Source: Arenicellales bacterium
Lineage (GTDB): Bacteria; Pseudomonadota; Gammaproteobacteria; Arenicellales; JAJDZL01
Reading direction: 5' to 3'
DNA: 64,000 bases
Assembly: GCA_965202615.1 (NCBI GenBank)
Contig: OZ241837.1
Span: forward strand, 136,347 to 200,346
The translations under genes were made by a program, and so were the position numbers. The notes under the pieces were generated by a model. The model did not search any database. It was not told the DNA's origin and saw only the letters and a list, made by a program, of their open reading frames with translations. Positions 10,173 to 19,406 of this stretch are shown here, piece after piece. How positions within the stretch are numbered: position 1 is the first letter of the stretch; each line of letters starts with the position of its first letter.

Positions 10173-11213
10173 TTACCTTTTGGTTCGCCGCAATTGACTG
10201 GCTTTCTCCCGCATGGTCTCCTTCAGTTTTGCATGGGATTGTGAGGTTCCATCGTGAAACGAACCGAAAAACCTGTCAAACGGAAACTCCAGCCCGCCGT
10301 AATTGCAATGAATGTATCGATGGTGCATCTGGTGATGGAAAGTACCGAGTGACAGAATTTTGTGCTCGTTCTTCACGATTGACTGATAGCCACAATGCGT
10401 CGTCGCGGCAGTCAGGGCGAAATACTGCATGTGAAACAAAAGGTGTATGGGATGGGACAAGATGATCCAGTGAATCAGTGCAGACCCGAGAAACAGCAGG
10501 TGTTCGACGGGATGCATGGATAGCCCGGACCACGGACCAACGTTCATGTTTCGATGATGGACATGATGGGCCAGCTTATAGAGCGGTTTCCAGTGCAGCC
10601 ATCGATGAATCAGATAAAAATAGAAAGTCTCCCAAATCGGCACGAGAAAGAAAATTGCGACAAACCAAACCGGATTTTGAGACCAGTGCATGACTTCAAT
10701 GTATCCATTGGCAAAGCCCCAGATAATCAACGCTTCGTAACCGGTCCAGACCGTTACACCGCTGACGATTGTCCAGAACATGTTGTCCCACACCTGGTCT
10801 CCAAATGTATACGGACGTCCCTTGCCAAAAGCCCTGCTTTGGTATCGACGGCTTTCCTTTTGGACACGAAAAACGTAAAAATAAAGGTGAAGTCCGCCCG
10901 CAACGATCAGGATCAGGACGAAGTTCCGCAGCCACATCAGCGATATCCAGTCCAAACTGAAGTTTTTGGATGCCTCAAGCGGCGGTTGAAAGTACGTCCA
11001 TGAAATATATGCGGTCGCAACAATGATGAGTTTCTCTGATATTGGGAACCAGCTTCGCCAAAACCATTTGAAAATTTTGCGAAAATTAAAGGGCCATTCG
11101 AACAAAGGCGATACAGGCAATGGAACCTCGGGTTGATAGTTCCATTGCGGTAAACTGTCTCGCTTTGGGTGCGCGGGTGTTGGACTGGCGTCGGCGATCA
11201 CGGGTTGAAACAA
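10173..11213 (-). CDS. fatty acid hydroxylase / sterol desaturase family membrane protein
   Basis: The 346-aa product has histidine boxes HRWLH, HHVHH and HHQMHH. The track start is a TTG and no in-frame ATG lies near the N-terminus. Confidence 0.8.
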   Translation of the reverse strand: MFQPVIADASPTPAHPKRDSLPQWNYQPEVPLPVSPLFEWPFNFRKIFKWFWRSWFPISEKLIIVATAYISWTYFQPPLEASKNFSLDWISLMWLRNFVLILIVAGGLHLYFYVFRVQKESRRYQSRAFGKGRPYTFGDQVWDNMFWTIVSGVTVWTGYEALIIWGFANGYIEVMHWSQNPVWFVAIFFLVPIWETFYFYLIHRWLHWKPLYKLAHHVHHRNMNVGPWSGLSMHPVEHLLFLGSALIHWIILSHPIHLLFHMQYFALTAATTHCGYQSIVKNEHKILSLGTFHHQMHHRYIHCNYGGLEFPFDRFFGSFHDGTSQSHAKLKETMREKASQLRRTKR

Positions 11214-11276
11214 CTAACAAACAAAGTAAACGATTTTTAATCATCATACTACGTTTACAACACTGAATAGACTGTC

Positions 11277-12800
11277 ATGCAAAATAACGAAAACCTGTTC
11301 TGCATGTTCGAGCAGCAGATGCTGGATGCGCCTGGTCGCGTTTTGCTGGAGCTGCATGATGGCAGTCAAATCACCTACCGGGATGCTAACGCACTTTCAG
11401 CCCGACTCGCCAACAAGATGAGCGACTTGGGCTTGCGATCCGGAGACCGCGTCACGGCACAGGTTGAAAAATCTCATCAAGCGGTCCTTCTTTACCTCGC
11501 GTGCTTGCGGGCTGGCATCGTATTCCATCCATTGAACACGGCTTACACGCTCAATGAACTCGATCACTTCCTACAGGATGCACAACCGACGCTTTTCGTT
11601 TGCAGTTCGACGCGGGCGATTGAATCGCAAGACATTGTTGAGAAATCCGCGGTAAATTCGATTCTGACGCTTGATGCTGACGGAAGCGGTTCGCTCTGGG
11701 ACGATGTTTCGACTTTCGGCGATTCCTTTGAAACGGTCCACAGAACCAAAAACGACACAGCCTTGCTGATTTACACCTCCGGAACGACCGGCAAACCCAA
11801 AGGCGCGATGATCACGCACCAAAACGTGACCTCCAACGCGCGAAGTCTGATCCGTTCCTGGAACTGGCGGTCACAGGACGTATTGCTGCATGTGCTTCCG
11901 CTTTTCCATGTCCATGGACTTTGTGTCGGACTGCATCTGCCAATGGCGCTCGGTTCGAAAGTTGTGTTTCAGCCCAGGTTCTCGGTTGACCGAACCATTG
12001 GTCTTATTCCACAGTCAACCGTCATGATGGCAGTTCCAACCATCTATACCCGTCTGCTTTCAGATGCCAGGCTGAACCAAAAATTGTGTGAAGGCATGCG
12101 GCTTTTCATCTCCGGGTCGGCACCCCTTCTCCCCGAAACTTTCATGCAATTCGAACAGCGTACCGGGCACCAAATTCTGGAACGATATGGCATGACCGAA
12201 GCGCAAATGATCACATCAAATCCGCTCAGGGGAGCAAGAATCAGCGGCACCGTCGGTTTTCCCCTGCAAGATGTCGAGCTCAGAATTTGCGATGATGGAG
12301 GCAGAGCGCTCAAGCGTGGAGAAGTCGGCTCACTTGAAATCAAGGGTCCAAATGTGTTCAAGGGTTACTGGCGAAATCCGGATGCAACCCGAAAGGCATT
12401 TCGAGACGAAGACTATTTCGTTACGGGCGATGTCGGTTTTATTGACGAGAACGGATGCCTGTCCATTGTCGGGCGGGAAGTTGATCTGATCATTTCTGCC
12501 GGGTTTAACGTCTACCCGAGAGAGGTGGAGCTTGAAATCAACCAGGTATTGCACGTCAGCGATTCAGCGGTTTTTGGTGTGCCGCACCCGGACCTGGGGG
12601 AAGGTGTCGTCGCTGCGGTCATCCGTCAAACGGACGATTTGACTGAAAGCGAAATAATTTCGAATCTTGAGAAATATCTGTCGGCTTTCAAAGTGCCGCG
12701 CAAGATCATTTTTGTTGACGAATTTCCAAGAAACGCGATGGGCAAAATTGAAAAAGCCCGCTTACGCGGGCAGTATCGTTCGATATTTTCTGGTGAGTAA
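11277..12800 (+). CDS. AMP-dependent acyl-CoA synthetase, malonyl-CoA synthetase (MatB)-like
   Basis: The 507-aa product has the AMP-binding motif YTSGTTGKPKGAM. The N-terminal block VEKSHQAVLLYLACLRAGIVFHPLNTAYTLNELDHF resembles MatB as I remember it. Confidence 0.75.
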   Translation: MQNNENLFCMFEQQMLDAPGRVLLELHDGSQITYRDANALSARLANKMSDLGLRSGDRVTAQVEKSHQAVLLYLACLRAGIVFHPLNTAYTLNELDHFLQDAQPTLFVCSSTRAIESQDIVEKSAVNSILTLDADGSGSLWDDVSTFGDSFETVHRTKNDTALLIYTSGTTGKPKGAMITHQNVTSNARSLIRSWNWRSQDVLLHVLPLFHVHGLCVGLHLPMALGSKVVFQPRFSVDRTIGLIPQSTVMMAVPTIYTRLLSDARLNQKLCEGMRLFISGSAPLLPETFMQFEQRTGHQILERYGMTEAQMITSNPLRGARISGTVGFPLQDVELRICDDGGRALKRGEVGSLEIKGPNVFKGYWRNPDATRKAFRDEDYFVTGDVGFIDENGCLSIVGREVDLIISAGFNVYPREVELEINQVLHVSDSAVFGVPHPDLGEGVVAAVIRQTDDLTESEIISNLEKYLSAFKVPRKIIFVDEFPRNAMGKIEKARLRGQYRSIFSGE

Positions 12801-12834
12801 GCGAAAGTCTTTGCGCCATTCAATATCGCATGGA

Positions 12835-13653
12835 TCATTCACCGCGCTCAATTGCACGGGCAAGTCCGTCCATGAGCCCGGATACACCACCCAGAGACCA
12901 CCCACCGTCAACCGGCAAAACGATTCCAGTCACATAATCAGCCATTTCCGACGCCAGAAACATTGCAGCCCTTCCAATATCGGATGTCTCTCCAAGTCGC
13001 CCAAGCGGGACCGAATCAGTCACCGTGTCGAGCAATTCCTGGGTAGGCGCCAGTCTTTTCATGCCCTCCGTTCCCTGAATCGGACCGGGTACGATCGAAT
13101 TGACGCGTATCCCATCACTGCCCCACTCCATGGCAAAGGTGCGGGTGATCATGTCAACCCCGGCTTTAGCTGCACAGACGTGCGACTGCAGAATCATTGG
13201 GATGAAAGCCTGCGGTGCGGAGATATTGATAATGGAACTGCCTGGTTTCTTGAGGCAAGGATACGCTGCTCTCAATACGTGATATGTCCCAAGGAGATCA
13301 ATGTTCACGACTGCTGCGAATCCGTTCGGTGACATCTCGCTGGCTTTGGCGGGAAAGTTTCCAGCCGCACCGGAGATGAGCACATCGAATGCGCCGAACT
13401 TTTCGTTGAAAGTGTTAAGGGCAGCTTCAATGTTTTCATAGTCTCTGACGTCCGCACTATAGCCGGCAACCTGACCGCCAGCCTGTTGCAGGTCGTCAAC
13501 GGCGGATGCTACTTTTTCGGGGGATCGGCTGATGACCCCGATATTTGCGCCGGCTTCAGCAAAATCTTTCGCGACACCCAGGTTGATGCCGCTCGTTCCG
13601 CCTGCGACTATGACAGTTTGGTCTGAGAAATCGAACTCAGAATGATCACTCAT
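12835..13653 (-). CDS. short-chain dehydrogenase/reductase (SDR)
   Basis: The product has the Rossmann motif VAGGTSGINLG. I place the start at ATG 13653 (MSDHSEF...) because the track start at 13662 is a TTG. Confidence 0.85.
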   Translation of the reverse strand: MSDHSEFDFSDQTVIVAGGTSGINLGVAKDFAEAGANIGVISRSPEKVASAVDDLQQAGGQVAGYSADVRDYENIEAALNTFNEKFGAFDVLISGAAGNFPAKASEMSPNGFAAVVNIDLLGTYHVLRAAYPCLKKPGSSIINISAPQAFIPMILQSHVCAAKAGVDMITRTFAMEWGSDGIRVNSIVPGPIQGTEGMKRLAPTQELLDTVTDSVPLGRLGETSDIGRAAMFLASEMADYVTGIVLPVDGGWSLGGVSGLMDGLARAIERGE

Positions 13654-13717
13654 GCCAGGCAATCAATCTGACTGGGGAGACCAGAAACAGATTCGGAAAG
13701 TGGGTGACAAAAATGGG

Positions 13718-13885
13718 TCAGGAAGAGTCAGATTGATTTCCCTGCATTGTCGACAAAACCATGTAGACTGCAGTAATTCCGACTCCCCACCAGGCCACAT
13801 TGACAAGTGGTGAACCAACGAAAGAGTCAAAAGTCGACAAAATGATGCAACTTACAATTGCTACGATTCCCAGAAGATGCTTCAT
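13718..13885 (-). CDS. small hydrophobic protein (55 aa, two predicted TM segments)
   Basis: This ATG..TGA ORF is below the track cutoff and reads MKHLLGIVAIVSCIILSTFDSFVGSPLVNVAWWGVGITAVYMVLSTMQGNQSDSS. A decayed paralogous copy at 17953-18153 keeps the same frame (WGVGIT..LSTM) apart from one stop, which argues that the sequence is coding. Confidence 0.4.
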   Translation of the reverse strand: MKHLLGIVAIVSCIILSTFDSFVGSPLVNVAWWGVGITAVYMVLSTMQGNQSDSS

Positions 13886-14022
13886 GTTTGAACCTCGGTT
13901 TCTTGAAGACGGCTCGCGTCAGTTAATTTACTGAGTCTGATTTTATCAGATGAATGGTACAGATTATTCTCGTTCGAAAGAGGGATTAAGGAGATGGGCG
14001 GGGAGGCGAACATAAGCGTACA

Positions 14023-15111
14023 ATGCTCAACGAACTTCCGGGGACTGCTCTTGAAAACACGACAACATCTACCGCCATGGGACGTTTAGACGGGCTTGAC
14101 CTCGCACGCTACTTCGCGTTCGTTGGAATGGTCATCGTCAACTTCAAGGTCGTGATGGGCGCCCAAGACGGCACCGATTTGTTAAGCCAGCTCACAGTAG
14201 CCCTGGAGGGGCGAGCCGCGGCGACATTCGTTGTTCTGGCTGGCGTTGGTTTGGGTCTTGCCGGTGCGAAGAGCATCAACCAAACAATCTCGGTGACGAC
14301 CAAAAGAGCTGTTTTCCTGCTCGTGTTGGGGCTGGTGAACACCCTCGTCTTCGACGCTGACATCATCCACTACTATGCATTCTATTTTTTCTTTGGCATA
14401 CTCCTGCTTCCATACGGCAACCGTCTGCTGGTCACCGGAATTGTGTTGTTGAACGTTTTGTTTGTCATCCTGACTCTGACCCTGGACTACAACTCAGGCT
14501 GGAATTGGGAAGACTTAAGCTATGCCGATTTCTGGACACCTGCCGGATTTGTGCGCAACCTGTTCTTTAACGGCTGGCATCCGGTTATCCCATGGTTGGG
14601 CTTCCTGCTGTTTGGGATTGTACTGAGCCGTGCGCCGCTTTCGGAGCGGCCTACACAAAGAAACCTGGTTGTCGGAGGAGTTCTGACTATCGCAGCCGCT
14701 GAGGGTTTGAGTGTCATGATTTCACCAGTTCTCACGTCAATTGACGCCGAGCTGGCAGTGTTCGTCTCAACCCGCCCACTGCCACCGATGCCACTGTATA
14801 CGCTGGCAGGGATTGGCGCCGCTTCTGTCGTTATTGGTCTCTGTCTGATGATTTCGAAGTGGGCCGAGAAACACGGTATTTTGTGCATATTCGTTCCCGC
14901 CGGCCGCCAGACGCTGACTTTGTACATTGCACACATCCTTATTGGCATGGGAATTCTGGAAGCGCTTGGGATGCTTGGCGGTCAGTCCATCCAAGCAGCT
15001 GTCATTGCAGCGGTATTATTCTGTGCTGTCGCGACAATTTATGCGTGGCTGTGGGCGCGACGGTTCAAGCGCGGCCCAATTGAGGCATTGATGCGCATTC
15101 TGGCTGGTTAA
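14023..15111 (+). CDS. DUF418 (YeiB-like) polytopic membrane protein
   Basis: The 362-aa multi-TM product has the C-terminal GPIEALMR motif typical of DUF418. Confidence 0.75.
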   Translation: MLNELPGTALENTTTSTAMGRLDGLDLARYFAFVGMVIVNFKVVMGAQDGTDLLSQLTVALEGRAAATFVVLAGVGLGLAGAKSINQTISVTTKRAVFLLVLGLVNTLVFDADIIHYYAFYFFFGILLLPYGNRLLVTGIVLLNVLFVILTLTLDYNSGWNWEDLSYADFWTPAGFVRNLFFNGWHPVIPWLGFLLFGIVLSRAPLSERPTQRNLVVGGVLTIAAAEGLSVMISPVLTSIDAELAVFVSTRPLPPMPLYTLAGIGAASVVIGLCLMISKWAEKHGILCIFVPAGRQTLTLYIAHILIGMGILEALGMLGGQSIQAAVIAAVLFCAVATIYAWLWARRFKRGPIEALMRILAG

Positions 15112-15371
15112 ATTCCTGTCACCAATGGTAAGTCAGCGAGAACCCCGCGGGTCGTCGCGGCTGTAAGCGCTTTTTTCCAGTAGACCGGGTTTGCCCGGCC
15201 AAAAAAAGCCAAGAGTCTGCATTGAGAAGCCGTTTTCGGATCCAAAAGGAGTACGGACACCCTCCTGGCGATGAGTCCAGAATTCACGTGCGGTGAATAA
15301 AGTACTGCTTGGTCGAAACCGATTTTTCGAATTCAAGGGCATTCGATTTTTTTGATGCCCGTCTTTTTGAC

Positions 15372-17612
15372 TTAACGAAAAATGTAGATTGGACTGGACC
15401 AAGTGAAATGCCCGTCTTCGTGGGTAATTCGCACATAGAGTGCATTGTCGCGATGGTTGACAAGCTGGATCCGACGTTTCAGCGATTCTTGATGATGCGG
15501 GTTGACATCGGGCAATCGAAAAACCCTGATTCTGCGGTCGATGCCACCATTCGCAAAGATCAACTCATCGCGTCCGATATCCTCAATCGATATCGTTTCC
15601 TTCACCAGCTCAGTGTTGATTTCGAGATTCCCTGCATACGGCGATTTCAAGACGGCATCAAATCCTCCGAATCCACCCGTCGTCAAGGCTGTCCATTCAA
15701 CTCGCCCGTTTTCTGTCTGCTCGAATTTCTTGTCCAGATTGTAGCGATTGATCGGAGTTAGCGATTCAAACTCGTTACCGGTCAATTGGGCAAACCCATC
15801 CCAAATAGTCTCGCGGCCGCGACCCCGATACTCTGACCCCTCCCACAGTATGCGAATGCGTCTTCCAAGACTCTGTTCATCATAAGGTCGATAGACTTCA
15901 ATAGTCTCCAGTCCATTTCGAATATCTATCCTCTCAATCGGAGATGGGCTATGCAGGTCAATCGCAAAGGTTACCGCTTCTTGATCAGACCGCACAATGT
16001 CGCCCATCATTGCCCGATTGCAGGGTTTTGCCTCCTCCTTTCCATCGGTGCCTTCCAAAATAAGCTCAGCAGTCTGATCAAATATCACGTGCGTACTCAA
16101 AATGACCCTGTTTCCAGTCGTCCCGTAATGATGTCTCCTTCTCAACCCTTCCATGATGCCCGCTCGGGTCAGCTCGGGAGCCAGCACGCAAGTCAATCCT
16201 CCGTAGGCTCCGAACTTGGTCGCGCCCGGATGCGATGCGCCAGGACGGCCCTTGTGGCCATCTGAATTCGACATTATCCCCACCCGATACCCTTGTTCGA
16301 GTGCGTCCTGAATGAGCCACTCGAAAGTGCCCCAGGCGGAATGAACCTCAACCGCCCTTTCGATTCGTTGATCGTGAGCAATCTTTATGTCCGCGTAGCG
16401 ACCGCCAATGTGAGCAAACACGACACAGTCTTCGTCTTTCAGGACATCAAACAAATCGTTGGCAGAATTGGCATCAGTTTCAATATCTGAATGGTCGTCA
16501 ACCAGGGCATGCGACGAACGGTGAATTTGACGTCCTTCTCGCATGTGCAGAACATTTCGATCACCGCCAAGTCCGGTATTTCCTGACCACTCCCAGCCTG
16601 GAAAGGTGATGAACCGTCCATTTTCAGTAAATTCAGCGGAAAGCTCGTTCAGGTGATTCCAGAAATCGGTCGTGATCTGAAAATCATTCCCTTGGTGAAC
16701 GCAAATGTCGAGAAAAGCCTTGTCACGAGCAAATTCATAAAATTCGCGCGCGGAGTTTGTTCCGATAGTTTCTTCGGACTGCCCATGCAAATCACCCCAA
16801 AATGGCAGCAAGTCACTGCTGTCGACAATTCGACAGGGGTTGCTTCTGGCTACAGTATTGTCATTTTCGTCCAACAACTCGATGATCAAATCGCCGGTCT
16901 CGAGGGCTTGCAGATTTTCGAAAATTCGGGCGAAATTCCCTTTGTTCAAGCGAAGGTTGGATGGCAGTCCGTTGATCTTGAGATTTGAGCGAACCTTGAA
17001 TTGAGTATCACACTGATCAGAAGGATTTCCCCAGCGATCAACTCCTTTTACGCAGAGCCGAAACGCTTGCGATTGTCTTCTCAACGTCGGGAGAACTGCC
17101 TGGTAGACAACGGGTGGACCTGAAACAATCTCAATGACCGGCTGGTTCGGGAGAACAACGTAATCGTAAGTCGCGATGGCATCGACCAAAACTCGAAACT
17201 CAAATGTCTTTTCGCAAAACGTCTGGACCCTGATTCCCGGGCTTCCTTGGCGACGGTCGCCAAACCTCACTATGATTTGGTCTCCCTCTCGCAAAAAACC
17301 TCGTACAACCTTGATGTAGAGCGTCTTGTCCCATGGACGTATATTCCTTTTGGGGTCATATTCGACATGCAGCACCGCTCCGTTCGAGGCTTCAACTGTT
17401 GTGTAGTTTGGCGCACTCGGGTTATCAAACTGGGGTCTGCCCATATCTGAAGCAAATCTGTGGACGACCTTAATGGAACCTGTATCGTCGATTCCAAAAT
17501 ATCCGGCCGTATAGACGAGGCTAAATTCTTGAAATGATCCTGCTTCAAATTGACCTTCAGGAGAAATCGTTGCAGACCCCATCTTGTGGGGGAGATAAGT
17601 TGAATGCGGCAT
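15372..17612 (-). CDS. large conserved hypothetical protein, DUF3604/PHP-like metal-dependent hydrolase candidate
   Basis: This is a 746-aa uninterrupted ORF with an ATG start. It has a GDLHGQSE motif and later His/Asp clusters (HIGGRY, SNSDGHKG) reminiscent of PHP-type phosphoesterases. The family assignment is tentative. Confidence 0.7.
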   Translation of the reverse strand: MPHSTYLPHKMGSATISPEGQFEAGSFQEFSLVYTAGYFGIDDTGSIKVVHRFASDMGRPQFDNPSAPNYTTVEASNGAVLHVEYDPKRNIRPWDKTLYIKVVRGFLREGDQIIVRFGDRRQGSPGIRVQTFCEKTFEFRVLVDAIATYDYVVLPNQPVIEIVSGPPVVYQAVLPTLRRQSQAFRLCVKGVDRWGNPSDQCDTQFKVRSNLKINGLPSNLRLNKGNFARIFENLQALETGDLIIELLDENDNTVARSNPCRIVDSSDLLPFWGDLHGQSEETIGTNSAREFYEFARDKAFLDICVHQGNDFQITTDFWNHLNELSAEFTENGRFITFPGWEWSGNTGLGGDRNVLHMREGRQIHRSSHALVDDHSDIETDANSANDLFDVLKDEDCVVFAHIGGRYADIKIAHDQRIERAVEVHSAWGTFEWLIQDALEQGYRVGIMSNSDGHKGRPGASHPGATKFGAYGGLTCVLAPELTRAGIMEGLRRRHHYGTTGNRVILSTHVIFDQTAELILEGTDGKEEAKPCNRAMMGDIVRSDQEAVTFAIDLHSPSPIERIDIRNGLETIEVYRPYDEQSLGRRIRILWEGSEYRGRGRETIWDGFAQLTGNEFESLTPINRYNLDKKFEQTENGRVEWTALTTGGFGGFDAVLKSPYAGNLEINTELVKETISIEDIGRDELIFANGGIDRRIRVFRLPDVNPHHQESLKRRIQLVNHRDNALYVRITHEDGHFTWSSPIYIFR

Positions 17613-17837
17613 TCCAGTGGAGGTTGTCGTAACCGGATAAAAGGTTTTCGAAGGTGGAATTTAGTGAAATAGAGCGCAATTGCCCATCGGTTGCGCTATC
17701 GTTCGTACATTAAACACAAAACAATCCACGTTGTGTATTTGGAAAATTCGCTCTACGTAAATCAAATAGATTCAAAATCAGATTGGATGCTCGTGCATCA
17801 AGGATTCTCTAACATGACTTATTGGGACAGTTAAACG

Positions 17838-18153
17838 AAAATTCTTTTGCGACGATCAGATTGATGCTGCTCGTTCCGCCTACGCCTATGACGATTTAGG
17901 CTGAGAAAATGAACTCGGGATGATCGCTCATATCGAGCAATCAATCGGACCGTCAAGCAATTGATAGAACCGGAAATTGGCAGAGGAGATGTGTCAGGAA
18001 GCGTCGGATAGGTTTCTTTCCATTGTCGACAAATCTATGTGGACGATAGTAATACCGACTCCCCACTATGCCGCATTGACAAGTGCAGAACCGAAGACAC
18101 ATCGATTCCGCTAGCCTACCACCTATGAACCCCATTTGCTTCAGAGAATCCAT
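17838..18153 (-). pseudogene. decayed duplicate of the SDR 5' end plus the small membrane ORF
   Basis: The segment aligns by eye at roughly 75-80% with 13561-13885. The SDR-like start reads MSDHPEFIFSA then a stop. The small-ORF homolog has an in-frame TAG. Confidence 0.6.
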
Positions 18154-18435
18154 TTCCTTATTAAACCAAGAGGGAATCGCGCGTCAATTCAACGGGTTAT
18201 TGATCTCAAAATTCCCTCTGTCCCATCGCTCTGTCTGGCTGCGGTCCCTCGCCGAAATAGAACCATGCGGTTTCCCGCCCCGCCGTGTTGTCCACACAGC
18301 GGGGCGGGGTAAACTACGCCCCTGACCGCAAACTTTGATGTTTGCGGGACTGCCTCGGCCGCTTGATACTGGCCAGAGACAGCCAGTTTGACTGTGCTTG
18401 ACACAACTATTCACTGGCACTATTGAAATTTGTTC

Positions 18436-18494
18436 TTGACTTTATTTGTCTATCACTGTATAAACGTCCTTAGGACGTTTATACAGTGATAGAC
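18436..18494 (+). promoter_or_regulatory. sigma70-like promoter (TTGACT-17 nt-TATAAA) overlapping a perfect 47-bp palindrome
   Basis: The -35 element is at 18436-18441 and the -10 element at 18459-18464. The palindrome GTCTATCACTGTATAAACGTCCT-T-AGGACGTTTATACAGTGATAGAC spans 18448-18494. Confidence 0.6.
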
Positions 18495-18508
18495 ACTTAA
18501 ATTTTGTA

Positions 18509-18828
18509 ATGCAAATACAAAGGCTTACAAGAGCTAAAATTTTCTTGTCTCGGCTCTAGGAGCGACAAATCTGCCCGCCGTCACTCCGTACAAGTTTTTC
18601 CGTTTGCTTGAAGCCATGTATCGAGAGTGGCAAAGCCTCTACCTGAAACATGACCAACCGATGCTGAGCGACTACCTCAGAGGATTGTCAAAAACCTAGT
18701 CAATGCCAAACAGATCAGACGTTACAACGACTATAGTACTCGACTCATTCGCATTCTTGATGCACCCGGGCGTTCGGCTGAAGAAATCGTTTGCCTGGCC
18801 TATCCGCTGTGCTACATATCTCACTTGT
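18509..18828 (+). pseudogene. 5' fragment of an AbiEi-family gene (frameshifted, truncated)
   Basis: The fragment is about 80-85% identical in DNA to the first ~320 nt of the intact gene at 21156-20839. A 1-nt deletion gives a TAG after 16 codons, and homology stops abruptly at 18828. Confidence 0.75.
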
Positions 18829-19381
18829 TGATCGGCGTGGCCGCAAGTACCTGACTGCGGTCGAGCGACAGAGGTTTGTCAAGGTGGCAGAAACCGATCC
18901 GACTCCTATAATCCGGACCTTTACGCTGACCTTGGCCAATACCGGTTACGAGACGCTGGCGGCGCGCTATTGCGACGTTGACCTGGACAACCTATCGCTT
19001 CGATTTAAAAAGCTCAAACGCCGTAAGTACATGTGGCGGGAAGTGGCAGTGCCACAGGATCTGATTTGAGCCATTGACCTGGTGTACTCGGTACACGCTA
19101 CGCAACTCCGGCCTTGAGGGGCGATACGGAGATTGTGGGTATTCAATCGTGCAACTGTTTCGAGACATGTAAAGCAGTTAATGACCAAGCCAGATATCGA
19201 GGGGCCGCAAGCGTAGGTCAAAGGATTGCGTCATGGTTTTGGTGTGGCTACCATTTAGGCAGGCGTACCGTTGCCGACAATCGCTGCAGTGCTTGGTAAC
19301 GCTAAAATCGAAACCACCGCGATTTACACCACGGCCATCATCATGAAGGCACGCGAACAACTGGCCAGAGTGTGGTCGTAG
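18829..19381 (+). pseudogene. tyrosine recombinase/integrase pseudogene (four in-frame stops, no frameshift)
   Basis: A single frame reads ...RRGRKYLTAVERQRF...LTLANTG...DVDL...KGLRHGFGVATI*AGVPLPTIAAVLGNAKIETTAIYT...ARVWS*. Internal stops lie at 19067 (TGA), 19115 (TGA), 19214 (TAG) and 19256 (TAG). The integrase box II region is conserved (HxxR..., terminal Y in TAIY). Confidence 0.75.
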
Positions 19382-19406
19382 CGAGCTGAGAGGCTTGAAT
19401 TTTATG

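Larger units (their letters stand above)
18220..18828 (+). repeat. left arm of a ~0.6-kb inverted repeat (upstream region, promoter, palindrome, 5' third of abiEi)
   Basis: The arm aligns with the reverse complement of 20839-21405 at roughly 80% by eye. It carries an extra ~42-bp GC-rich hairpin insertion at about 18281-18322. Confidence 0.8.

Noticed and set aside
17953-18153. A 66-aa track ORF on the minus strand
   Set aside because: It is in a different frame from the homologous 55-aa ORF at 13718-13885, and the homologous frame carries a TAG. I treat it as pseudogene debris.
18184-18447. The conserved block upstream of the palindromes considered as a structured ncRNA (tmRNA, RNase P, SRP or retron-like) or as the 71/78-aa track ORFs
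   Set aside because: It shows no resemblance to the RNA families I can recall. Apart from the CCGCAAAC/GTTTGCGG hairpin, the helices are not maintained between the two arms. The ORFs are not conserved between arms. It is kept only as part of the inverted-repeat finding.
18829-19381. Stop-codon reassignment or programmed read-through as an explanation for the in-frame stops in the integrase and Uma2 genes
   Set aside because: TGA, TAG and TAA all terminate well-supported housekeeping genes in this window (for example xdhA TGA and rpmG TAA). Catalytic-region residues of the integrase are also degenerate. Pseudogenisation is the simpler explanation.
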